Source: Ascidiella aspersa (Eukaryota). From it: a stretch of 64,000 nt of DNA. Within the stretch, counting starts at the first letter, position 1, and the number at the start of each line of letters is the position of its first letter. The notes below the pieces were generated by a model. The model was given only the letters and a program-made list of their open reading frames with translations. It did not search any database and had not been told where the DNA came from. Shown in pieces: positions 12,201 through 24,697 of this stretch. A program made the translations under genes and the position numbers. The DNA lies in the NCBI GenBank assembly GCA_963924565.1, contig OZ004615.1, forward strand, positions 14,508,001 to 14,572,000, written 5' to 3'.

Positions 12201-15200
12201 ATATGTAACCAGTTGTGTTCAGCGACTGACAGTTAGCTTGTTACCGGAAACTATGGGTTTCCAGCTTGTTGTGGCATCTACATACAAGCTGTCGATCTTC
12301 TGCGCCTATGAATGTCGCCACTGTTTCGCCGAAATCCGCAAAGCTGCTGACACTGGACGCGGTCCGTCTACAGCGAGCTGAACAGCCTCGTGTACCCCCA
12401 TGTCACAGGATGTTTGACTTGTTGTGAGCGTGCTTGTGTACATGCAACCCCTACATGCGTTTCTTAATCGCCATCTTGTTGCGTTTCAACGAGGAACGCT
12501 TAAATATAAGAAGCCTTTCTATCTTAGAAGCCAGTTGGGGATGACAGAGCATATGTGAATAATCTGTCTCGTTTCTTAGGTAATGTTATGCTTTATTCCG
12601 CCTAGTTGCTAATGTATTTTATGTCTTTAAATTTAAGTATTTTTGTTACAAGCGCGTGGTAATAACTGTCTCTTTACTTGTTATCAAACCCGCCTTGCTT
12701 TTCTGGGTGTGTCGTGTTCCTCATGTTGCTTCTTAACACGTCATCAGTAACACGAATACGTCCTGGAAAGCGGAGCGAACACACGTCGTTATATGTGCAA
12801 CAGGGTGCGTTATCGCAATAGAATTAAGATAAAGGACTTGTATTTTTGCTTTAGAATAGATTAGTTAGACCTCTGGTATAAATCCTGTCTAACAGTTAGT
12901 GATTATCTGTTTCATCTACTCAAGTTCCCTATTTGATCATATATTCAAGCAACTGACCGAAGTACAAATATAGCTCCTATTTAAACTACTTCTAATTTTA
13001 TTGATAAATCATAACCCATTAGCTCTGTAAGACTCTACACAGCAATTTTGGTATCGCCGTAACCGTAATTCACCATAAAGCAGAATGTCACTTAACATAG
13101 TTTTCCCTCCCGTCTTATTCGTATGATGGAAACCGTACTGCTTAACCTTGTTTGTCGTCCAAAACCATATTTAGTGGCCAATTTTAAATAAAAGCCTAAC
13201 GTGGATAAAAGTAGGCCGGATAAACCACGTCCTGTGTTGACCTAAGCACTAAAACAACCTGTTGACTTATCTCACAGTTGTTTATACTACCTGAATATTG
13301 CCTGATCGAAACGCTCAGGTGCAAACTCGTAAAAACGAAATTTCGCCCAGCAAATTTTCATGTTTGGTATTTGAAAAAAATTACGTTTATACGTTGAGTT
13401 TTATAAATATGATTTTATACGAATCAATTTTTGATAAGCCAGGGAAATGATGCAACAATAGTTTTGCACAACCATTTTTGACTATCCGAACAGATTTTTT
13501 CCCGAAAATCCACGATTTCCTTTAAGGTAAACCTGACTTCATAAAAGTAACAAATCTGCTTGTTTTGACGACGTCCAGGACCAGAGGATCGGCAATCTTG
13601 CGCAACAACTCTCTTCCTCAACGTCGTCCAAGATCTCGGTGGAGTCCCGTTTCGAGAATGAATTTGATAAGATGCACGGGGAGCTTATGAGGCTCAATAA
13701 GCAACACACAGACGAGGTGCGTCTACACTTGTGCTTTACTCGCTTTTCACAATGTATAGACACTGTTCGCAGTTTCACGCCAATCGATACTACGCTATAC
13801 TTATCTATTTTAGTAGTTTTAATGGTAGTTTTATTCTTATTCTTTAGACTGATATGATGGTAGGTTAGTCTTGATTTTGTTTCCCGTCTTTTTTTGACTA
13901 ACATCTTTTTCTGGCAGTTTAATATTCTAAACTGAGCGGTACTTTTTGGTTTGTACGTATAAGGGTTAACTTGTATTGCCATGCATAATTTACTTAGCTT
14001 TGCAACACTTTTCTATGTTGCGAACTGTTAGTATATTTTGTTAATTTTTTGATTCGGTGCCTAGGATGGTTGATTTTAACTGCCGTCACACATATGTGCA
14101 ACCTCCCGACTTAATATATTCACTAATTTTTTTCTTAGTTATGCGAAAAGCCCGCAAATCCACCCATGCTTATTTCTATAAAGTATGTGAATCCAAATCC
14201 TTATTGTGTGATCTTCGTTAGGTCGAATCACTTAAAGCAACTAACCAAGAGCTCGAGCGACACCTTGCGGAACTAAGCGATCGTAATAATAAGCCGCTGG
14301 ACGACGCTGCAGAGCGATATGCTAAGCTAGAAGAAGAAGCTAAATCAACGAGAGAGGTCGTAATTGAGCTGGAACAGGAGCTACTTGCAAGAAAACAAGT
14401 TATAGAAGCCGCCAACGACACCATTATTGTTAAGGTGCACCTTCATTTTATTGATGTTTTGCTTTGATATTTGCCAAAGACAACATTTACTCAGGTCAAC
14501 AATTATTTTGGCTTTCATCGAATAAACAGTCTATAGTGTGTATGTTTCAATGCTTGTTAGTTCCATCCTCGCAATTATTCTAATTATCTTTTTGTCACAG
14601 CCTAATACTTGAACCTTACTTTACAGGATTCGCAAATAGCTCGATTACAAGCAAAGCTATCAGGCATGGAGCGAAACAAGACCATGTCGTCATCCACGAT
14701 AGGTTTGACTTAAAAATATAACCATTGAACTGTAGTTGAAGCACTCTGTTTCGTGAATTAAAATTTTAAAAACAAATACGTACCTATAGAAAAAATATTT
14801 AAGTTAAAAAAAATATTTTCATTTTTTAAAATCGTGATAAACTTTAGTTCAAAATTAATAAGAACAACTACTAAAAACATAAAATAAAGCATATATGAGC
14901 TTTGCTGTTGTACTCACATTATTTTCATTTCAATTGAGAATAAGTCATTTCATACTATCTTTATATTTTACTTAGTCAAGTACTGTACCGTTATTTACAT
15001 TAGATCATCGCCCAATCGATACCGATTCTACACTGGGATCATTTCTCAGAAGTCCAGAACGCCAACACACACCACCCTGCAACCAGTGGGGATCTCCATA
15101 TAAGGAGGGCAGCACAGTGACGTCACTTTTTACAGGAATCGACTCGGAACTGGACTCTCTTGCTCAAAGGTTATTTCACTTATTAAGCCATAGAATACAA

Positions 15201-16317
15201 CATAACATCTCTTTTTTTGTTAGTGTGTGTTTCGCTTACTGGTTTTCCTTCGTTATAGTTACGTCCCGATCGCCCCAAGGTCTGGTAACATTAAGGAGAT
15301 GGGCAAGAAAGACGACAATGATGTCAGTGGGGTGTTTTTCATGACGTCATCTCCAACCCGTCGCAACCCGCACCAGACAGGCGGCGATTTGGCTGACGAG
15401 GATTCACTCTATCGAAGGTCGGTGCTGCTACAAGGGCTTGGGAATTTATTAACAGGCCAAAGCATTGTCGAGTCGAGCGTTTCCAAAACTTTTTCGCCCT
15501 AGGGAAAATGATGGGCTACCCTCCATCTTTATCTCTACATTCATTTAGCCTGCAATGTATATAAAACAAAATTAAATTAGCTGTTCTAAAGTAACCGTTA
15601 AAGAATATTTTTGGCAGGCACTTAACTATTATATGATATAACCGAAGCAAAACTATAAAATATTTTGGATAACGCAGGGTGTTCGCCGACTCTCTCCAGG
15701 CTTCAATGCTGGAAAAGAACCCGGACTTGGAGACGCCAATGGACCACCATGGCGGTATCAGAAGTTTTGAGAGAAGCGAGCTGGACTCAGTGTGTCCTGA
15801 TAAATGGTATGCGTTTGCGTCTCTTTTCCAAAAAAAAACACTTTACTCAAACTTAAAACCATTAATCAGTTTACAATAATACCTTACCGTAGGCCAGTGT
15901 TTCGCAGCCTTTAACGTTACAATAAACGAGATTGAAACAGCACATAAACTGTTCAACAAGGTGGACAAATCTTTTTTACTTTTTTGCACTGTTATCGCAC
16001 ACAAACAATTGTATCAAGAAGCTCACCAATAGAGCCAAAATTGAAATCCCAAAGAATTTAGAATATCTCTCGGCTCCCTTGAGCGTTAAAAATGGCACCC
16101 TAGAGTGCCGCGGCACTCCGGTTGAGAACCACTGCTATAGGCTTTGAGTTGTTTTCTGCTATAGGCTTTGAGTTTTCGTTAAATTAACTCTTGACAATGT
16201 CTTTTTTGTGTACTTTTTAGCGTATCTGACTTACAAGAGAAGTTGCGCTTGAGCGAGCGCAGGCGCCAATGCATTACGGCCAAGTTGAATAACCTCACCA
16301 GCTTCACGGGATCCTGA
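252..16317 (+). CDS. CCDC18: Coiled-coil domain-containing protein 18-like, 3' part (5' exons lie upstream of the window)
   Basis: Phase-consistent GT-AG exon chain: 252(or 273)-389, 2301-2468, 4915-5057, 5757-5920, 7310-7419, 7688-7791, 10906-11005, 11377-11493, 11694-11957 (alternative donor after 11837), 13579-13716, 14222-14434, 14627-14702, 15004-15169, 15259-15417, 15678-15806, 16221-16317 (TGA). Product is E/K/L/Q-rich coiled coil. The segment QVIEAANDTIIVKDSQIARLQAKLSGME matches the CCDC18 C-terminal motif as I recall it ([28 protein letters not shown]). AATAAA at 16356. Confidence 0.8.
496..827 (-). mobile_element. 332-bp non-autonomous element with internal tRNA-like unit and terminal hairpin
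   Basis: Flanked by the 11-bp direct repeat CGAGCAACTGT (485-495, 828-838). Perfect 21-bp inverted repeat at 750-770 / 806-826. Confidence 0.7.
569..643 (-). ncRNA. tRNA-like unit (pseudo-tRNA with aberrant anticodon loop) inside a small mobile element
   Basis: Minus strand reads GCCTGTA-TA-GCTC-AGTTGGTA-GAGC-GA-CGGTC-CCGGCTT-GACCG-GAGGTC-GTGAG-TTCGAAC-CTCAC-TGCAGGC-T. All four stems pair and A and B boxes are intact, but the loop lacks U33 and purine 37. A T5 run follows 5 nt downstream. Confidence 0.75.
1780..1950. repeat. Degenerate GGTTAG/TTAGGG-like core element (Helentron/HINE-like)
   Basis: Imperfect GGGTTA runs at about 1840-1945. The flanking motif GCCCTAGTTTGGCCG resembles the reverse complement of CGGCCAAATTAGGAC at 62142. 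Confidence 0.4.
2865..4112 (+). mobile_element. Non-autonomous hAT-like DNA transposon with 5-bp TSD (hAT5-type)
   Basis: Imperfect TIRs CAAGGTTGGGCTTAAGC / reverse complement CAGGGTTGTTCCTAAGC. TSD GGCTT (2860-2864, 4113-4117). Subterminal GGCGAGTG/CTCGCC motif clusters at both ends. Confidence 0.75.
5349..5667. mobile_element. hAT-like MITE with TAGGG termini
   Basis: TIR TAGGGCGATTATTTTTT / AAAAAATAACCGCCCTA (one mismatch). The TSD is degraded (5/8). Confidence 0.6.
6568..6920 (-). pseudogene. Possible decayed exon antisense within a CCDC18 intron
   Basis: Minus-strand acceptor TTTTTTACCAG and donor A|GTAAGT bracket a protein-like frame (RLDKVPILFEQLK...ELWNVFASKSILSDKIRYEFCKLLQKELG) interrupted by 5 stop codons. 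Confidence 0.3.
15895..16134. mobile_element. hAT (Buster/Charlie-type) MITE
   Basis: Ends CAGTGTTTCGCAGCC ... GGTTGAGAACCACTG. Near-TSD CCGTAGGC / CTATAGGC. Confidence 0.6.
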
Positions 16318-16355
16318 CTTTTAAGCGGTCACCGTTCCTCAGTTGTTGCAATTAT

Positions 16356-16361
16356 AATAAA
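16356..16361 (+). terminator. Candidate polyadenylation signal of the CCDC18-like gene
   Basis: AATAAA about 40 nt after the TGA, followed by T/GT-rich sequence. Confidence 0.45.
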
Positions 16362-17978
16362 TATTTTTGGAGATATCACTGTTTTTACGTTTTTGGACAG
16401 TTACTGCTTCTTTACATTGCGTTGCTTGTTGAAAACGCCTGTTTCGTATAAATGGCATATATAAGGTTTCCCTCCTGATGTGCTTAAAATTCTTTATTTT
16501 ATAGTAAATCCTACGAATGAACTTTGTCTATGTTGTATTTTGGATTTTGCCAGTGTTTTGTATGAGATTTTTAGGTTACGAAACATAAAGAATTTTTGTA
16601 GTTTAAATGGTCACATATTTTGCGCGATATTAACTCACACTTGGCAATTGAAATCGAGAATCAGTACTTCTAACAGGATAGCGCCTTTTTTAATATGACG
16701 CATGCATACAAAAAAAGAGCGTAGCCTAGAACATTGAAAAATTGGTTTGTAAAAGCGTCCACGCGTATCCAGACTATGGTCATTTAAAAAAAATTATAAA
16801 AATAATTACGGAACTCTCTAAATTTTAATGTTTTCTTAGGTTAAGTTGACAAAATAAATCAATTGTGACGTTATAATCTTGATATTTATATTTTAAAGAG
16901 ATTTTATTAAATAAATGCTTTCGCAAAGTTTTTTGGGGGCACCCCTTGGGAATTTTCGAGAAATCGTAAATTTTGTTTATTTATTAAGGCATAAGCTAAA
17001 ATATAATAATTTATTGAATCTAGGAGGTGTATAAATTCAATTAACTTTAGCCATTTACTTTTATTATAATATCGGCCTGTAATTACCAAAAAGTGTACAA
17101 GGAGTCCACCACACAAATTCTAAAGAAAATATGTACCACTCTTCTCTATTAGGTTGGCCCAACTTTTATTTTATAGAGTCTCATGATAAATGTCTAACTT
17201 TCAGACTGAAATTTTCTCTCGAAATAGGTAAAACATACAATTTAGATAAATAAAACTGAAAATACTAGTATCTAACTATGTGTGCATGAGGTATATAGTT
17301 CAGGTGGGCAGGGTATCAAATTCCTCTAGAACCGCGCTGCCTAGATTTTTTCTAACCCGAGTCTTCAAACACTTAGTGAACAAATGTTGTAAAAAGTCAA
17401 ACATAATTTCAAACCCATTTCTAAAATGCAATTCAGCACCTTATCCGAAACAGAGGGCAAATATGTTTCGTTTTTTCCAAATTTATGTATCATCCACATA
17501 ATTGAGTTGTCACGTCAATGTTATGCATTTTTGAATTCAAAGCGTCGCTTATGTTGACTTTCAGTCTCAAGCATATTTACCTTTGACCTTCTAGCTAGAA
17601 AAGTATGTTTGGAGACCGGGATACATCAGACAAGGCGTTTCATGATACAATAAGGTAACATGTTATCAATTAAAACAACCTCCTGTAGTCTACTGTGTTT
17701 GGTTCACGCATCAGCGGCTATAAAATTTCTTATTATAATTTCATGCTACAACTTGCGCCTATTTAACCCGTCGCCTACAAGCCTAAAATTAGTGGCTTAT
17801 GTGAATTTCGTTTCTATTTGGTTATTCTGTTGAACAAACAGAATGTATTTTACGTCACAAGCAAGGTTCCCGGGATAACCCCGAGCATGTCCGAACTTAA
17901 CTCGGTGTGGGTATAACTTCGGACATTTGGGTGCCCTTCGGTTGAGTCGTTTTTGGCGTATTTGTGATTTATTTAAAG

Positions 17979-18473
17979 CAGTGGTTCTCAACCTTTTTTT
18001 TACTGGGTACCACCTCGAGCTTCTATGATCTTGTTGCGTACCAACAAATTGTCGAAAAAATCAACTTTACTCAAAATGTAGGCTATATAGGATTATTGAA
18101 AAGGGTGGATTAGCTAATTATAATTAGGCCGAAAATTTCAAAACAAATGCGGCCCTCTACTCTCCAAAAAGTTTCCCTTTTTTAACTTACAAGATACTGG
18201 TCAAGTCTTGTGATTCTTTGTTGTTTTGTTATGATGTCATAACATAAATTTGCATAGATGTTCCAGAAAGATAATAGTTCCTATCGTTAAATAAGCATAA
18301 AATATTTAACTATATAATCATTATAATGAATGTATAGCGTATTACAATAAAATAAATGCTTAACCTTTTGGTAAAACTGCAATTTTACTTAAAAACATAC
18401 TGCGTATAGCGTACCACCCAAAATGACTTCGCGTACCACTAGTGGTACGCGTACCACAGGTTGAGAACCACTG
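17979..18473. mobile_element. hAT (Buster/Charlie-type) MITE, intact
   Basis: Perfect TIR CAGTGGTTCTCAACC / GGTTGAGAACCACTG and perfect 8-bp TSD ATTTAAAG. Subterminal GTACCAC repeats. Confidence 0.9.
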
Positions 18474-18779
18474 ATTTAAAGGCACCATAACCGTACTACT
18501 TTTCGGCAAAGGATTGGCCTGAATCAAATCAAGCAAAATGTATACAACTTGTCTATATTAAGTTATAGACAATTAGAAAGAACCGTACGAGTAATCCACA
18601 GTCGCCCCGAAGCTAAAACGCATAATGCACACTCGCAAAGAAAGATTTTAGCGATGCTTTTTTCGAATGCCCGGCAACGGCTGAAAGATTTTTGTCACTG
18701 TTGCATTTACCTAAATCACCCTGTGACCGAAAAAAAGAAACATATTGCCAAGTACGAACTCAAGAGAGCTTTATGTAAC

Positions 18780-19170
18780 ACAAGGGCAATAATGGCTCCC
18801 GCTGATAAAAGCAGCCACAACACACCGTGGCTGTCGCGGTAATCGATTGCCGTTCCTCGGCGCTACTGAAAGCGCCAAAGCGACATGCCGATGGATGGCT
18901 CCGTCACGTGACTCAAGTGAAAAGGTGTCAATCGATGGTCTCTTCGAGCACGCGACAGTTCATTCCGATTGACACGAGTCGAGATAAAGCTGCTCGCTTC
19001 TCGTGGGAATTGCGCGCATCCGTTTATCTTTCGGCCGGTTCCGCGTCCAGTCTCACGTGCGATTTGCGAGCGCCGATCAAACGATTACCGTATAGAAGGG
19101 GACCTGTCCAACGCTATTTTCGATCATCAAGCTATATTTTATTAAACGAATTTCAACGGCTGCTCTACTG
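18780..19170. promoter_or_regulatory. CpG-rich candidate Lhx3 enhancer
   Basis: Non-coding CpG-rich island containing Su(H) CGTGGGAA (19002), Onecut-type AATCGAT (18841, 18930), CACGTG (18905, 19034), CACGCG and CACGAG (18949, 18973), and T-box AGGTGTCA (18923). Confidence 0.45.
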
Positions 19171-19789
19171 ACAGAACATCTCCAAAATGCAAAAAATGCT
19201 CATTATTGGTTTAACTTAATACTAATATTGCAATAAACAATATTCAACAGCTATTTTACCAAAAAACTTGTTCGGCACCATGTTTTGACAAAATATAGAT
19301 GTGTCATTCTACCTGGCGAACTTTAAACACTTCTTGGTGCATAAACGACGCTTTGATTACGTTTTTGTTACAAATTTGTATCGTGTTTTCAGGGGTCAGA
19401 TGACCGTATAAAAAATTCATGCCGAGAAAGCTGTGACCTTCTTATCGAAGTGACCTCGGATGTATCGTCGTGTTGCCAAAGAAAATGGGGTCACAATTTT
19501 GGCTTCAAAAACGCAATTTTGAATATACCTTTTACGTCATAAGGACAACCTTAATGAAAATCAGGAACAATCGGTATACATACTGCAAAATAGACGCTTT
19601 GACGACTATTCTGCTGTTAGAAATTAGATAGTTTGTTAAAAAAAATTGTCTATTCCAATGCCGAAAAAAATATTTAACAATGCAAAACTATTTCTAGATC
19701 GACATTGATGTTAATGTATAACATTTCTCAGCCTTTTTTCGCGGCGACCCAAATACTAGGCGTAAATGTTGTAATAAACAAGTTTTTTG

Positions 19790-20130
19790 AAATGACTCAA
19801 GTTCCAGTCAAGTCATTATTGAAGCCAATCAACTCCTAGTCTAATCACTGATATGAAAATAAAACGATAAACCATTAAATTGGTGAACTCGACCGTTTAT
19901 GAGCAATATTTCAACTAAAACAACCTAAAAAACAGCATCTAATTGTTTTACGTTTAAAAATTAAGATTACTGCCTTAATTTTATAATAAAATGTTATATG
20001 AATACACTTAATTACGACCCAATTCATTTGAATCTATGGCTTAATTCCAAGTCAAGTCATCTTACCAAAACGAGTCAAGTCAAGTCACTTGAAAAAACAG
20101 GGACTCAAGTGCAATTAAGTCGAGTCGTTG
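19790..20130. repeat. Degenerate MITE with (C/G)AAGTC / GAGTC subterminal repeats
   Basis: Clusters of GACTCAAGT / GTCAAGTCA at about 19794-19816 and 20047-20128. Confidence 0.4.
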
Positions 20131-23100
20131 TCAAATCAAAACATAAGACATTACCATAAATAAGAAAATTTATTAATATGAGCCATGTCTTTGTGTTTCT
20201 TCCACAATTTTCTCAAGTAATATAGAAATCTTTCTCAAACAAATCAGAATAAGTCTAACCATGTGAACAACTACAGTGTGCGACTCAACCAAATAAAAAT
20301 GACTCCCAAATTTTTGGTGGAAAATCACAGACTGAGAAACGCCGATCAAAACGTTGAGGGAAAATAATGAAAGAGCACTGCAAACTTTCCAATTAATTAC
20401 TGTCCGCAGGAACCCAACAGAGGTTTCCAAGGCTACAACCCGGTTACCAGATTGTTTTTAAAATTTTGTGATTAGAAAAATCTAATTTAATGCGCAACAT
20501 TGCTCTATTATTTATGCTTTTTAAAAATTGGTTACAAAAATAGGGCAGCTGATTTTTTAAAAGTATAGTGGCCAAATGCGTCATATGCATAAAAGAAATA
20601 CAAACGTCGCAACAGTATATTGAAATGTTTGATAGGCGGCATATGACGTAAATTCGAAGTCCCTCTTAATGAACACGCACAGATAGCCTTGTTGTGTCCA
20701 TTCTGATCATAAAGTATAAATGCAAGCATGTAAGAACAGGCCTAAACAACTCAAAATAGTTAAAGGGAAACAACACAAACAAACATGTTAACGAATGTGT
20801 GTTACCGACGAGAGGAAAAAACAACGTTTTGAATTACTTCGAGAGACGGGCGCATCTCCGAGCAGCACAAAAGTCTTTGTAACTCTTTACCTTTTTGTCT
20901 GATTTCGCAAAAACTGGACGCTTGGCTTTAAAATGTCGTTTTATTTAGAATATACCCATTTAAAACTTTAAGATTACCAATCGCACCCATGTTCTTATAG
21001 ATTTATGTTTACATATATTTTTATCACTTGTTAGGCCGCATGTTGGGCAGGCCTCAACTTCAACGAGTCACAACCAATAAATTTAAATTTGTGTTTATGG
21101 GCTACGTCCGAATGGATAAAAACGAAGCCGTGATAGCAGACATCGATTTGTGCGTTTAACCTGGTTGTGTTTATAAATCAAACCGACCAAGGTAAAATTA
21201 AAAATAAGGTCAGATTTATTATTTAGGAAAGGCAAGCTATTACTTAAACAACGGAAAGCTTTAAATCGTCGTTTCCGATTGTATGTTTAACGAAAAAAGA
21301 CATGCCAGAACAAAAATACCCTTTTACAACTCAATAAGAATTTCGGATTTCATATAACTTTGAATAAAAAAATAACAATAATAAAAAAAAATAATAATAA
21401 AAAACACCGTTAGGGAAAGTTTGTCATGATCTGTGAGCTTCCTTGGATGGAATAACTAATCTTATACAGACAAAATTAGGAAGAGAAGATGCGAATATTC
21501 GTAAACCACAAACTTTACATAATATTAAATCAGAGTAAAAATACTTAGCCAGTTTTATATAAACACCTGAAACACTGTCGGCATTTGTTTTTTATTTTGG
21601 AGAATTAACCTGGCAGGCATTCTGGGGAAGAAACAAACTTACGAAATCGAAAAATGTAGTGTTCGCATGCGCGGTATTGTTAAGGTAAAACACCGGATTG
21701 TTTTTGCAGACGGTTCACTCCCCAACCAGACGAGATCGAGAATGGAAACTGCTTGCAGCGCAGTCGCCAACCTCGGCAGTGTTTCGCATCAGTCGGCCGA
21801 TCGAAGCAAATGGTGCCCGACATAAACCAACTGTTGCGATTTTCCGCCCGCTTGAGCACGGCGCTAAATCTTTTGTTGTAAGGCCGCGGGGTCGATGGCT
21901 TGCCCTTGGACGCCACTCCCAGCGGACCAATCGCTTCCTTGGATCTTGCGATGAGGTGACATGCGCCCGACTTACAACCTTGGACCTTACGCAAACATAG
22001 GGATGCACGTTGTATACTGGGTCTGCGCCTCTGCTGCCGCGTCAGGCGCGAAATTGGTCGTGTCCATGCACAATACAAAGCTACGGGTCTTCTGCTACTA
22101 CAACGGCATCGATTTTGTACATGCGCAAAAGTTTTTTTAAACCTGAAAGTTGTAGTTAAAATATTCTGAATAGCGACATTAGTTTATAACTTTTGGTTCG
22201 CATTGCCCGGCTATGGTAAGAATTATGGATACATTTTACAATTTGCTATAACAAATATTTACAGCTCAAAATGTTGGTGTTTGTCAATCATCGTAATACT
22301 TTTTTATAAATACGCAGTGCTTGCAACTCTATGAGTGCGAACGCTTATATATTACGTTGTAAATTAAGTACAGTTCGTTTAATTTACCTTAACAATAATT
22401 CATATAAAATTAAAAAAACTGCAGCATATGTCATATTAGACTAGTCTTAAATGTACGGAAACCTTATGGTATCAGCATGAATTATCCAGTGTTCTTAAGA
22501 GTTTTCCAAGGAGGAATGAAGCTGGCCTTTATATACCGTATCGAATGCCAAGAAAAGCGCGTTTAGCAATTAGTAGCGTGAAAGCGCTGATGCCAACTCG
22601 TTAAGCATGACACGAGTAATCCCAAGGTCCCTAAAAGACCTTCCGACCAAGCACGAAAAAATATTCGTATAGGTCGCTCGATTCCTTAACATTCCTTTAT
22701 TGCATATGCCGTAAATAAATAATGCTTTCAAAACAGCTTTGGGACAGCAATTTGTTGTCAAGCGCAATTTAAAGCGGCCGAAAAAATAGGAAAAATGTGT
22801 CAACAAGGGCCGAAGTTGTCGCGATAAAGATCGCTGTGAGGCAATGTTGCACTTCCAATAGGGTCTGCGATTCCAGGACCAATTGCGGCGTTACGCCTCA
22901 TGCCAAACTCATTGCTGTCTGTTTGTCGCGGATAAAATGTAGCTCAAATGACTTTCTTTGTTGATTTTATGCACATGTAAGATAACAAGATTAGGGAAAT
23001 GCTGTGCAGCTTTCAAATGACCAATAACTAATATGATAACAACTAAAAAATAACTAAAAATGCAACTCCATTAATGCTGCGCAATAAAACAATTATCCAG

Positions 23101-24239
23101 AAAATGCCTTTGAAGCACTCTATTATTGAAGAGGTTGTGTGTTATGAAACAAGGTCTGGCACAATATTTCTGAACTTGAGTATTTAATTAGTTCGCGGTT
23201 GCCTGGTAAACACCAGGGTTACGCAGAACGCCCAATTGAAGGATCAGTTAGCGTAACACGTAAGCATTATCTTTACGAATCGTTTAAATATCTGTCTGTT
23301 TTGCGTATACTGTTGCGCTTCGAAAGCATGTGTCAACTTACAGTTTACTTAAGGTGACGTACTTCTGTCACCGCCTTCTATGGCGTTAAGCCCGAATTGT
23401 AACACAATATCAACGATGTCACGGCGCCACTGCAGATACCCTCGGTTTCCGGGGGTCAAAAAGCTTTTAAAGCCACTTTCGGTGGAATACTTTCGGTGCC
23501 CGTCGCGTGCCTACAATTAGACACCCTGGTAAGAGTTGGGTGTTGGGTTTCACCCACCTAGCGTAAAGTACCTTAAAATTGGCCGAGCCACGAGAAACAA
23601 ATCGCCAAGTGAATCTACATAGATATCTTAAATAAAGGTAAGTAGATCAGACAAAATGTTAAATCACACTATGATTTCATAGATTATAAAAAGCCAAATT
23701 GAAAAAGGCTTTGATATTTTCTTACATAATTTTTCACGAATGAACTGAATTTGTGCTCTAATGGATTTGTACTCGAAAATTTAATTTTTTATCTGTCAAC
23801 AGAAGCCTTTTGTCACTTCGTTTATCATTACCGAAAACTAATGACTCTTTAAATATTGCTGTTTCTGTATATAAGATTTTTATATGACAAACATTATAAC
23901 AAAAAAGCGATAAAAATATTTTAACCCAATTTAGATGGAGTGGTATATTCTAAAAGTAATAAATATGTTTTAGCCTACCTCGTATGTTTTCTTAAACTCT
24001 GTATAGCCGCACGATGCCACATTTTGATTGGAGATAAAATCGGATGATTTCGACGGAAAATATTGAAAGGCATTAAGTGAAACACTTTTGCCAAACTTTG
24101 TTTGACAGTGCCGCATAATTGCAAGCACTGCACTGCGCTTCGAAACTTTAATGAATATAGTGCTTGATGAAAAATTTAAGTCTTGTCAAAATATTTATCG
24201 TCGGTCCTACTTACCAGCGATTTATGCTTGGTGGGAAAA

Positions 24240-24697
24240 TCGACGAAAGTAACGCGCGGCAAAGAAGGGCGCAGCGCCTGTTCGGTAGCAGATGGCAGGC
24301 CCACAGTAAACCGGGACCCTCCCTTTTCCCTGCGCCGTGCCTTCACGAGGCGCTCTCTGTTAGCTGGTCACTAAATCCTCGGCAATTTCCTTTTTCTCAC
24401 TCGCGTCCGCCGATCGCCACAGCTTCTCGCTTGCTTTCGTATATTGGCCGCCGCTCGTCAGTTGTTGTTTGATTGTTGTTGCTGTCGCCGTCAGTGAACT
24501 TGCGTATTATTGTTGCCGCACGACACCTGCGTCATAGAAAGGCAACGGATCAATTCGGACCTGCTTTATTTGGAATACTTTCAACCTGCTTATAACAGCA
24601 AAAAGTAAAACTATATAGCGTTCAACCTTTAGTTTATTCTAAAACTATCAGAAACTTTAAGTACGCAAGTGAAGAAAAATGCGGAGTGAAAGTGTAG
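24240..24697 (+). promoter_or_regulatory. Candidate distal promoter and non-coding first exon of the long Lhx3 isoform
   Basis: CpG-rich block with Inr-like TCAGTT (24458) and donor AG|GTCAGT (24698). The first coding exon is preceded by an acceptor TGTTGCAG at 26975, 22 nt before the ATG. Confidence 0.35.

Noticed and set aside
20401-20421. RNase H-like LCWVPA on the minus strand
   Set aside because: The following HxGxxGNExAD motif is absent and a stop follows.
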